From an uncultured cyanobacterium (lineage in GTDB: Bacteria; Cyanobacteriota; Cyanobacteriia; Leptolyngbyales; Leptolyngbyaceae), in the NCBI GenBank assembly GCA_963766075.1, contig CAVYAN010000048.1:32001-96000 (forward strand): a stretch of 64,000 nucleotides of DNA, in the 5' to 3' direction. Positions within the stretch are counted from its first letter, which is position 1; the number at the start of each line of letters is the position of its first letter. Positions 48,883 through 57,065 of the stretch are shown in pieces. The notes below the pieces were generated by a model. That model was not told where the DNA came from, searched no databases, and saw nothing but the letters and a program-made list of their open reading frames with translations. The position numbers and the translations under genes are program-made.

Positions 48883-49125
48883 ATGATGAACTTTAGTGTT
48901 TTGTCAAGCGGTTTGGCCGCTCCCGTCAGGAAAAGTCTACCAGGAAGTCCAGAGGACGCCAAAGAACGGCGATTGATGGCCATCCTGGCGATGCAAAAAA
49001 CTGAGCGTAGGAAGCTGGGTTGTAGTTGTCCCCTTTTCCTGGCCAACGGTCGCTCCGAGAACCCCAGGATCGACATTGGCGATGATCGAGACTGCGAGTA
49101 CTGCCACCCTATCAGGAGTTTCTGA
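48883..49125 (+). CDS. Small Cys-containing protein coupled to cas8e
   Basis: RBS AAGGAGG; CSC...CEYC; its TGA overlaps the cas8e ATG. Confidence 0.55.
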   Translation: MMNFSVLSSGLAAPVRKSLPGSPEDAKERRLMAILAMQKTERRKLGCSCPLFLANGRSENPRIDIGDDRDCEYCHPIRSF

Positions 49126-49943
49126 TGAATTTACTAACCGATCCGTGGGTTCCGGTCCTGGAGCAAAACAATCGCCCTGGCGAGGCATCCTTGCTCCGAC
49201 TGCTGACCGATGGCAGCATTTTGGATATAACTGGCCAGCCGATGACCAGGCTGGCCGTCCTGCGGCTGCTCATGGCCATGAAAGCATGGCGCGATCGCGG
49301 TGGTGATGACTTCCAGGAACAATCCTTCAGCCTGAGTACGTTCTTGCAAACTGCGTTGCCCGCAGAATGCAAGGGGCTACGCCCTGAGCTGATTATCCAA
49401 ATGTCCGATAAAAACGGCGTGGCATGGTCCCCGACGCCGCGCAAGCCATCACCACCGGAGATTTTCGCTCAGGCTGTCGTCACGGCGTATTTCTGCGATC
49501 GCGGCGGACTGAAGGCCCGAGTCCCCGGCTTATCCATTTCGGGCCAAACACCGTTTCATGTAGGCACCCAAGTCCGGATGGTGTCTGGGGAAACGGTCTT
49601 GGAGCGCCTCGACAATAATCCTGTTGATTGGGAGCCCGACGACTACCAGCCCCCGTGGGTGGGCGGCGTGAAATTTCCGGAAGGTAGCAAGCCGCGCCAT
49701 GACTTAGAGCTGCTGCTCTGGCCATGGCGCAGAGTCTGCATTACGGACAATGGCGTTGTTGTCGCACCAGGGGCGGTCATGTCCACCGAGGTGAAAGACC
49801 CTTGGGTGCTGGGGAAAGCGCTGGTGCGTCATTATCGTGACAAACCTGAGGAGGGATTTGAAATCACAAATCTGGCCTTGCAGCAGGCGTCACCCTTGGC
49901 CTGCTGGATCTCTCGGCCCTGCAAACAAAGTGTCGTATTCTGA
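49125..49943 (+). CDS. cas8e: Type I-E large subunit Cas8e/Cse1, shortened (272 aa)
   Basis: N-terminal NLLTDPWVPV is characteristic of Cse1; RLL, W-x-WRRV and DPW motifs; heads the cas6/7/5 operon. Confidence 0.75.
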   Translation: MNLLTDPWVPVLEQNNRPGEASLLRLLTDGSILDITGQPMTRLAVLRLLMAMKAWRDRGGDDFQEQSFSLSTFLQTALPAECKGLRPELIIQMSDKNGVAWSPTPRKPSPPEIFAQAVVTAYFCDRGGLKARVPGLSISGQTPFHVGTQVRMVSGETVLERLDNNPVDWEPDDYQPPWVGGVKFPEGSKPRHDLELLLWPWRRVCITDNGVVVAPGAVMSTEVKDPWVLGKALVRHYRDKPEEGFEITNLALQQASPLACWISRPCKQSVVF

Positions 49944-49948
49944 AAACT

Positions 49949-50497
49949 ATGGAAATGGAAGCAGTTTTAACCAAAATCAGAGGAAGCCTAGGGCACAAAG
50001 CCGTCATGGCCGGTTTTGAACATTCCGAGTCCCCCACAGCCAGGGCGGATTGGAACATTTTGTTCCGGCATGACGGCGAAAATACGTTGATTCAGTCAAC
50101 CGTTGCGCCGACTTACCGCCGTCCATTTGAACAAAAACCCCTCCCTCTCGATCCGATCGCGGGCGAGTCCTACTTTTTCAGGGTGGCTATTAACGCTATC
50201 TCCATTGAAAAGACCGAATCAGGACGGTCCAAGGAGGTGCGTTGTGACCCTGAAATTTGGCTGCAATTCCAGCAGGCAAAGCGCGGCTTTGCTATAGAAA
50301 AACTCCTTTCTGCGGTTAGCGCTCCGATTGTCGAAACATCTGGAGGCCGCAGGTTTTTTGTCAACCGTTTTCACATAGAAGGCGTTTTGATTGCTGAAAA
50401 TGCCCAACTTTTGGGCAAAACGCTTCTCGAAGGACTGGGAAAATCCAGATCCTACGGATGCGGATTGCTCTCCATCTTGCCCATTAATCAACCATAG
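49949..50497 (+). CDS. cas6e: Type I-E crRNA endoribonuclease Cas6e/Cse3
   Basis: N-terminal His (GHKAVM), ILFR, LIQS-x3-P, FRV-x2-N, G-loop GLGKSRSYGCGLL. Confidence 0.9.
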   Translation: MEMEAVLTKIRGSLGHKAVMAGFEHSESPTARADWNILFRHDGENTLIQSTVAPTYRRPFEQKPLPLDPIAGESYFFRVAINAISIEKTESGRSKEVRCDPEIWLQFQQAKRGFAIEKLLSAVSAPIVETSGGRRFFVNRFHIEGVLIAENAQLLGKTLLEGLGKSRSYGCGLLSILPINQP

Positions 50498-50505
50498 GAG
50501 TTTTC

Positions 50506-51810
50506 ATGTTCGTTGCCGTTCACGCAATTCAATCCCTGCCTCCCTCCAACCCCAACCGAGGGAAAGATGGCGAGCCCAAGCACTCCCCGCTCGGTGGGGT
50601 GGTCAGAGCGTGCCTGTCCTCCCAGTCCCAGAAACATGCGGCGCGGCAGTGGTACCACGCTGCTTTTGAATCGGATCCTTCTGGATTTGCCTACCGCTCC
50701 AGAGAGTGGCATGGGCAGCTTGCAGCCCAACTTGGATGGGCTCCCGATCACCAAAAAGACAACATAGCGAGGTTAATCCTCGCGCTGCTCAACAGCAGTC
50801 CGGCGAATTTATTCGCTAATGCGATCTCCATGCAGAACCTAATTTTTATGGGCCTTGCAGAAATGCAGGCGATCGCCATTATGTCCCAGTCATGCGCAGA
50901 AGCGCTCGGATTTCTGTCCGACGATTTTGAGGCTTACAAAGTCTGGGCTGCAAACCAAAAAACGATCGTAGAAGAGCCTGAAGAACCCGTAGAAGAGCCT
51001 GAAGAACCCGTAGAAGATGCAGGGAAAAAGAAGGCTAAATCTAAAAAAGCGGAATTTGGGCGGCACCCCACTCCTGCCAAGTTGAGGCCCATAATTCAAT
51101 GCATCAGCAGTGCCATGGGCAGCACTGTCCCTGGCGATATAGCCCTGTTTGGGCGGATGATGGCGTCCTCCGGATTTGGCAGCACGGACGGCACGGTAGA
51201 AGTCGCCGCCGCGATCGGGGTGGGAGCCCTTGGTCGGTCTAGGTCGGATAAGGGGTGGGTGCCCGGTCAAGTTGACTTCTTCTCAGCAGCAGACGATCTC
51301 GCTCTTCCCAACACGTCTGGGGCGGCGATGCTGGGAGAAACACTGTTCGCAGCCCCAACGCTGTACCGATACGCCAACGTGAACTGCCATGAGGCTGCAA
51401 ACCTCATAGGTAATCGAGAGGCTGCTGCCGAAGCGATCAGGCGGTTCGTCAACGGGTTTCTGCGCGCCCTCCCCACGGGGCACTCTCGGCAGTTTGCCCA
51501 TGGGGTTCTGCCGGAGTTTGTCCTGCTGGAAGTTTTGAAGACGGCCCCTTACGGCTACAGCCAAGCATTCCTATCACCTATCAATGGCCCTGACACTTCG
51601 GTGCCTACCGAGTTCGGAGGACTGTCGGTCAGCCAGCAGGCGGTGAACGCGCTCATGCGCCACAGGATGAACTCTATCGAGTTGTTTGGCGGGGCTCCTG
51701 AGAGCTTCGCGATAACGGCTCTATCAACCCATTGGGGGACGGAAGAGGTTCTACCCCTAGACAAAGCGATCGCCTCCGTCCTGGCTCACCCTGGCGTGCT
51801 GGAGAAATAA
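50506..51810 (+). CDS. cas7e: Type I-E backbone subunit Cas7e/Cse4
   Basis: HAIQSLPPSNPNR-x3-G-x-PK, GG-x2-RA-x2-SSQS-x-K, DIALFGRM, DFFSAADD, LYRYANVN, LPTG. Confidence 0.93.
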   Translation: MFVAVHAIQSLPPSNPNRGKDGEPKHSPLGGVVRACLSSQSQKHAARQWYHAAFESDPSGFAYRSREWHGQLAAQLGWAPDHQKDNIARLILALLNSSPANLFANAISMQNLIFMGLAEMQAIAIMSQSCAEALGFLSDDFEAYKVWAANQKTIVEEPEEPVEEPEEPVEDAGKKKAKSKKAEFGRHPTPAKLRPIIQCISSAMGSTVPGDIALFGRMMASSGFGSTDGTVEVAAAIGVGALGRSRSDKGWVPGQVDFFSAADDLALPNTSGAAMLGETLFAAPTLYRYANVNCHEAANLIGNREAAAEAIRRFVNGFLRALPTGHSRQFAHGVLPEFVLLEVLKTAPYGYSQAFLSPINGPDTSVPTEFGGLSVSQQAVNALMRHRMNSIELFGGAPESFAITALSTHWGTEEVLPLDKAIASVLAHPGVLEK

Positions 51811-51811
51811 T

Positions 51812-52258
51812 ATGCCCTTCACAATGACCCTTTCCGGGCCAATGGGAGGCTTCGGAGATACACCCAGATTGGTGCATCGCTTTGTTCAGGAGGCTCCCCC
51901 GCGATCGGCCATCATCGGCCTAATTGCCAACGCCTATGGCCTGAGCCGCGACGATGATTTTGGGTTCCTAGATTCCCTGAGATTCAGAATCATTGAACAA
52001 AGCTCGGGTGAGGCTGTAGTTGATTTTCAGACGGTGCGGAATGCCGTCACCGTTGATGGTAAGCCGGGGCGGAATGCCATCACGTATCGGCACTATTTGC
52101 CAGACTACAAGCTGGTGTTGGAAGTTGATGGCCCGGAGGAATTGCTCAAGCAAGTGTTCCTCAATCTGAAATATCCCCACCGACCGCTTTACATTGGACG
52201 GCGCTGTAATGTTTTAGATCGGCCTGTCGTTGCTGGGGATTTTCCAGGGATAGGATAA
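51812..52258 (+). CDS. cas5e: Type I-E Cas5e/CasD, shortened (148 aa)
   Basis: LSGPM-x2-FG, P-x-RSAIIGLIANAYG-x2-R, DFQTV, TYRHYL-x-D, P-x3-LYIGRR. Confidence 0.9.
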   Translation: MPFTMTLSGPMGGFGDTPRLVHRFVQEAPPRSAIIGLIANAYGLSRDDDFGFLDSLRFRIIEQSSGEAVVDFQTVRNAVTVDGKPGRNAITYRHYLPDYKLVLEVDGPEELLKQVFLNLKYPHRPLYIGRRCNVLDRPVVAGDFPGIG

Positions 52259-52261
52259 GTT

Positions 52262-53458
52262 CTCCAAAAGTTGGAGGTTGGTCTGCATAGCATTGACTCA
52301 GCACGCTGACTCAGCACGCTCCACTCCAATCTTTGGAGGTCGATCTGGACAAGAGAGGCACTAAATCAAGCTATTGGGAAGGCGGCAGATTACTGCACTC
52401 CAATCTTTGGAGGTCGATCTGCGCTACAGCTTATCCCTCGGCCACGCCGCCCATCTGCCCCGCCCTGCGGGGGTTGCTCTAGAATCTTGTTTCAAAATGT
52501 TTTGTGCCCCATCTACTGGGGGTTAATCGTACAAAAATTTTGATTAGATTGGGCACCGTTGCCCTATCTAGCGGGGGTTACTCGTAAAAGCTCTACGAGG
52601 TTCAAGATGCTTTGTGCCCGCTTTGCGGGGTTCATCATGCAAAGATCGCGACCTGCCCTGAACTGTGCATTGCCCCAGCCTGGGGGGTTTTTAGGGCAAC
52701 GATTTGATCGCCCCACCCCGTGGGGGTTTGTCGCAAGTAAACCGTGGACCGTGCGTTGCCCCAAACTGTGGGGGTTTGTCGCAAGCTTACCTTAGCGCTC
52801 AGGGTTGCCCAATACCCCACCTTGTGGGGGTCCGTCCATCAGCGCGATGGAAGCCTGGGAGCGGTAAATAATTGCCCCGCACAGTGGGGGTTTATTGTAC
52901 AAAGTCTCAGAGGTTCAAAATGTTTTACGCCCGCTCTGCGGGGTTTTTCAAGTAGTTCATGCGTGCTTTCACCCCACACCATGGGGGTTTATCGATGAAC
53001 TCTAGTCATGCGTGCTTCCGCCCCATCTAATGGGGGTTTCTCACCGAGAACTTGGGAGAAGCCATATTTCCCCACCCGTGGGGGTTTATCCACCAGTCCG
53101 AACTTTTCATCCGCGATCGCCACTCCACGCCGTGGAGGTTTGTCACTCTCTGCGCTTACTGCGATAGTGAACATTTCCCCACCTGCGGGGGTCGATCTTC
53201 TCCAGAGGGCAGCATCGCAAATAGGCTGGATTCACACCCTCTCTGAGGGGTTTTTCGTTCAACTTAACCAGCTCGAAATGGTATTGCTTGCTCCATGGCG
53301 TGGAGGTTTGTCAACAAAGTTGAGTGCGTCCCCACTTGTGGGGGTTCTTCTCTGGCCTTGGCCGTCTTTTTTCAGCCCCATGTTATGGGGGTTCTTCTCT
53401 GGTCAATAATCGACCCTCTCCACGCCGATCTGCACAGCCCCACCTATGGGGGTTAATC
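52262..53458 (+). CRISPR. Degenerate CRISPR-like array, block 1 (23 hairpin repeats)
   Basis: Units of a 5-7-bp stem (for example CCCCAC-N3-GTGGGG) plus a GTnnnTC tail start at 52262, 52324, 52398, 52458, 52507, 52562, 52617, 52673, 52711, 52759, 52815, 52875, 52930, 52972, 53021, 53070, 53123, 53177, 53237, 53291, 53330, 53376 and 53438. The array begins 3 nt after the cas5e stop. Confidence 0.85.
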
Positions 53459-53475
53459 CTTATCAGGAGAACTAC

Positions 53476-53748
53476 ATGGATAAAAAGCTGCTTATTTGTG
53501 TTTGTGAAAAATTCATCGACCTTGACACGGTTAGAGCACTGTTACGGGGTGATAGCGTTCGAGATTCTTCCCTTGATCTCCTGTTTTTGCAGGAAGATTG
53601 CTTAGGCGGTAAATTTCGATTGCGAGGCGCAACAGAAGATTCAAAAACTTTTGTAGACTGCGAGTTCTCGTATCTTGAAACGAATGAAGAAGTTTATCTT
53701 GAAATAACCGCACTGAGAACCAGTCCGATCCTCGACTCCCTGCCCTGA
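53476..53748 (+). CDS. Hypothetical protein (90 aa) embedded between array repeats
   Basis: RBS AGGAG then ATG 53476 (MDKKLLIC...). Confidence 0.7.
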   Translation: MDKKLLICVCEKFIDLDTVRALLRGDSVRDSSLDLLFLQEDCLGGKFRLRGATEDSKTFVDCEFSYLETNEEVYLEITALRTSPILDSLP

Positions 53749-53756
53749 GAGCACAG

Positions 53757-53948
53757 CCCCACCTGTGGGGGTTTATCCATGATAGGGCTGCACATTCCTG
53801 CGGATACTTGCCCGCAATCGCGGGGTCAGTCCCGTTCCACAGGGAGGCACAATTTTTGTAGCCTGGTCACCCCGCCTTGCGGGGGTCGATCGCTTCCAGG
53901 CTAGTAGATACACTCTCTCTGAGTCTCCACTCCGTGGAGGTTTTATTC
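53757..53948 (+). CRISPR. Degenerate array, block 2 (4 repeats)
   Basis: Hairpin units at 53757, 53811, 53870 and 53925. Confidence 0.8.
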
Positions 53949-53964
53949 AAAACATAGGAGTCTT

Positions 53965-54300
53965 ATGCTTTACCAAGATTACGACTACGAAGCTGTTGGC
54001 GGCGTAAAAATCGCCAAAAACGCAGCAAACATACAAACGGGAAACAAAATAATGCTGGCCTTCCTAGGGCCAGATGAAGATTGCTACTACATTGAAGCCC
54101 TCCCCGATGAGGCTGGGATAATCCGCGCTGGCCGGGAAGCGGACGGCGATTACTACGCAAGCTTCGAGCCAGTGGTTGGGGAGAGCTGCTGTGTGAGGGA
54201 GCACTCCTGCATTGATGATGCCCTATCTGAACTGGAGGCTATTTTGCTCACCTTGGATCCGCCGCCGCAATGGCGATCGCCGCAAACGCTGGCGCTGTAA
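53965..54300 (+). CDS. Hypothetical protein (intact paralog of 48502..48865)
   Basis: RBS ATAGGAG; shared TGN-x-I-x-L-x-F-x-G-x2-EDC, IRAG-x-E, YAS-x-EP, EH, PQ-x-L motifs. Confidence 0.75.
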   Translation: MLYQDYDYEAVGGVKIAKNAANIQTGNKIMLAFLGPDEDCYYIEALPDEAGIIRAGREADGDYYASFEPVVGESCCVREHSCIDDALSELEAILLTLDPPPQWRSPQTLAL

Positions 54301-54322
54301 CTCGTGAAAATCCTAATGACCT

Positions 54323-54730
54323 ATGAAAATCCTGAACCTAGAAACGGGCGCAACAGCAACTATTGACACCGAAAACATCCCTGAAGAAAATCGGTTAATT
54401 CCCGAGAATCCGTTAGACCTTTTGGCTTTGACTGCTTTTTGCATTCAGAGCAACTGTAATGGGGTGGTTTGGACGACGAACAGGCAAGAAGATGGCAGCA
54501 TAAGCGTCATGCTTGACACCTTGGTTTTTGGATATGACGGCTTCGCCAAAACTACCGTAGGAATTCAACCTGCGGTCTTCGACCCGATGACTTTTATAGA
54601 TCAGGAATCAGTTCATCTCACGTTCTGGGTTTCGTTAACCCACTGCAAACTTAAGCCAGAGGCGTTCTGGCTCACAAGCCTGCGCGGATTTCAGCAGACT
54701 AACATTGTGGGTTATCCCATCGTTTTTTAG
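54323..54730 (+). CDS. Hypothetical protein
   Basis: 135-aa ORF ending 12 nt before block 3. Confidence 0.65.
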   Translation: MKILNLETGATATIDTENIPEENRLIPENPLDLLALTAFCIQSNCNGVVWTTNRQEDGSISVMLDTLVFGYDGFAKTTVGIQPAVFDPMTFIDQESVHLTFWVSLTHCKLKPEAFWLTSLRGFQQTNIVGYPIVF

Positions 54731-54742
54731 CCCCATTTCCCG

Positions 54743-54991
54743 CCCCACTCAGTGGGGGTTTATCTCTAATGTTGACTGGAAATAAAAAGTGCTTCGCCCC
54801 ACTCAGTGGGGGTTTGTCGGTAATCATCAGCGCCATAGTTCTTGCGCATCAAGCTCCACATCGTGGAGGTGCCTCGGCAAAAGCGCTAGCATGTCGGGCT
54901 GCCAGGTTGAATGCTCCACTCTGTGGAGGTGCTTCGGCAAAAGCACTGGTCGGTTGGCGATAGCTAGCGCTCCACGCCGTGGAGGTCTTTC
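54743..54991 (+). CRISPR. Degenerate array, block 3 (5 repeats)
   Basis: Hairpin units at 54743, 54797, 54854, 54914 and 54970. Confidence 0.82.
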
Positions 54992-55037
54992 GACAACAGA
55001 AATTCAGACCGATACTTTATTCTTGGAGACTGAAATT

Positions 55038-55586
55038 ATGAAGCAACTAACATCCGTAACGCTCCCTTACGAGCAGTTTGCAGAGATCGCAAATTATGAA
55101 GTGGAGGGCTGCGTCGAGGCTGCCATTAGTCTGGGCTGTGCCGACTTCGCCAAGCGCGACATCCCAGACGGATCGGGCGCGTTCCCTGTCCACCTGAGCC
55201 TGAAAACACCAGAGGGTCGTTTTTTGGGATCGGGTGCGTATTGCGGATTCGTCCACGGCTTCGATCAGGACATTTTAGAACGGCTTTGGCAGGCTGCTGG
55301 GGTCACCCTGGATGAGGATACTCTGTACCAGTCCTGCTTTGATGTCAACATAGGCACTCATGAAGATAATCACGGCGCTGTCTGCGAGGACTGCCTGAGA
55401 GCGGGAGGAGGGGTCTATATCGAAGGATCGGAAGATACTCCGTGGGAGTCACTGAGCGAGCTTGATCGCCTCGGGCTTACTTTTCGCCGTTTGCTGCCAG
55501 AGAGCGATCGCGCAGTCTGTTGGTCATGTAGGCAAATGATTGACGAGTCAATCGCGTCTGCTGCGGAAAATTGTGCCGCTGAGTGA
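55038..55586 (+). CDS. Hypothetical protein with two CxxC motifs
   Basis: RBS GGAG, start MKQLTSV (the track's 54789 start runs through the array). Confidence 0.65.
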   Translation: MKQLTSVTLPYEQFAEIANYEVEGCVEAAISLGCADFAKRDIPDGSGAFPVHLSLKTPEGRFLGSGAYCGFVHGFDQDILERLWQAAGVTLDEDTLYQSCFDVNIGTHEDNHGAVCEDCLRAGGGVYIEGSEDTPWESLSELDRLGLTFRRLLPESDRAVCWSCRQMIDESIASAAENCAAE

Positions 55587-55679
55587 GCCTTGACCCCAAC
55601 CCAGTCGTGACAGTTCTGGAGTTAAAGAATCCCGGCAACGGGACTGGCAAAATTCATCAAAGCCAGTAAGGAGAACAAC

Positions 55680-55964
55680 GTGAACATCAAGTCTTGCGCG
55701 ATCGCCATCAATAGCGGAGAGGACGCCCACGCATCCATTCTGGCCATGTGTCAGCAGCTAGACATAGCCAATCTGCCTGAGCCTGAAGACAAAATGCGCC
55801 AACTGGCGTACACGGAAAGCGGACTAAGGGTCGCTTTGATGTTGAATCACCAATGGATTCAGGCTCGGGCGGAAAAACTGATTCAGCCTTGCTTCAATCG
55901 GATTGCTACTGAGGAGTTTGGCGTGGGTATGCGTCAAACTCGCGCAATGGTCGCACATGATTAA
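55680..55964 (+). CDS. Hypothetical protein
   Basis: RBS AAGGAG, GTG start. Confidence 0.6.
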   Translation: MNIKSCAIAINSGEDAHASILAMCQQLDIANLPEPEDKMRQLAYTESGLRVALMLNHQWIQARAEKLIQPCFNRIATEEFGVGMRQTRAMVAHD

Positions 55965-55987
55965 CCAGTGAACATAGGAGTTGAAAA

Positions 55988-57052
55988 GTGAAAATCAATC
56001 GCCCAGTTGGAGTACTACTGCCAATTCATGAAACGTATTACGGGGATATAAACCCTGGCGATCTAAACAGTTTCTTGGCTTGTGCCGGAGAAGCGTTGCG
56101 AACGTTCGGGTTCTCTCGGATCGAAACCTTAAACCCTGACACAGACCGAGAGCGGGAGCTGTGGGGCGTTGGCGAAATCTTGGTCCAGTCGGATGAGATT
56201 ACGAGCTGGGATGACGGCAAAGATGTGGGGATAACGGTTGATTGGCTTGACCTAATCGACGCCGATTCAGACGAAATATTGAAGGTTCTAGAATCCACAT
56301 GGATGAAGGAACCGGCGATCGTGGCGATGAACTATCTCGAAGAAGATGGCTACAAAGACCGTGGAAACTCCGAGTTTGGAGTAGTTCGCTCCTACAGGCA
56401 TCACAGTCAGGAATTTGTCCCAGGAATTCCCCTTTCTAGGTTTTTGAGCGAGGGATGGGTAAAAGAGCAGCCTAGCAGCAAGGCAAGCATCAGTGTAGCC
56501 CCTGGCGGGGGGATTCAAGTCCCGCGAGAACTTGACTTTGTTCGATGCTGGGAGCTTTTTGAACGCCAGTCGCTAGACAACCCTAGGTGTTTTGAGTATC
56601 GGCAGGTATGCCTCACTGAGGATTCTCGCTACAGAAAATGGGTAGAGCAGGGCTATCCTGCCTTTTCGGTAAACTTTTCCGACTCTCAGCGCCGTTTTGT
56701 CAACGAAGCAAAACTATCGGAAAGAGCGGCATTTGTTCACTCGATAGTAAGCCGCCCATCCGAATTCCAAAGGCTGGTATCGGAGTTTGGGCATACCCTT
56801 GCTGTCGGCCACTCAGTCTGGATCTGCACGGATGCAGAAGGCCGCGAGGGATTTTATATGTGGCGAACCGAAGGGGGCTGGCACGGGGCTCAATTCGGAG
56901 TGCAAGAGCTGAAAAGGCTTGGAGTGAGCGATCGCTTTGAAAAGCTGAGGGAAACTTTAAGTATCGAAACGAAAGGATTTCCTGTAGCCGGAGAGGGCGT
57001 TGGCAGATACGCCGATGTGGAATTCCTCAAATCTACGGGATGGTTTGAGTAG
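55988..57052 (+). CDS. Hypothetical protein (354 aa)
   Basis: RBS ATAGGAG, GTG start; ends 13 nt before block 4. Confidence 0.7.
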   Translation: MKINRPVGVLLPIHETYYGDINPGDLNSFLACAGEALRTFGFSRIETLNPDTDRERELWGVGEILVQSDEITSWDDGKDVGITVDWLDLIDADSDEILKVLESTWMKEPAIVAMNYLEEDGYKDRGNSEFGVVRSYRHHSQEFVPGIPLSRFLSEGWVKEQPSSKASISVAPGGGIQVPRELDFVRCWELFERQSLDNPRCFEYRQVCLTEDSRYRKWVEQGYPAFSVNFSDSQRRFVNEAKLSERAAFVHSIVSRPSEFQRLVSEFGHTLAVGHSVWICTDAEGREGFYMWRTEGGWHGAQFGVQELKRLGVSDRFEKLRETLSIETKGFPVAGEGVGRYADVEFLKSTGWFE

Positions 57053-57065
57053 TTGATCCTCAGCA

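Noticed and set aside
52559..53409. Short ORFs across array block 1 (also 57251-57614 and the 54789 N-terminal extension)
   Set aside because: They translate the repeats (recurrent PxxWGF/GGLS), lack an RBS and are best explained as non-coding.
53840..53853. Possible self-targeting: a spacer 14-mer (CAGGGAGGCACAAT) is complementary to 30185-30198
   Set aside because: One internal 14-nt match is about what chance predicts for ~1 kb of spacers against 128 kb of both strands, and the flanks do not match. I found no convincing self-target by eye, but the search was not exhaustive.
54819..54969. Reverse-strand translations of spacers resembling protein motifs (GADDY; ASYRQP)
   Set aside because: Too short to assign targets without a database search.
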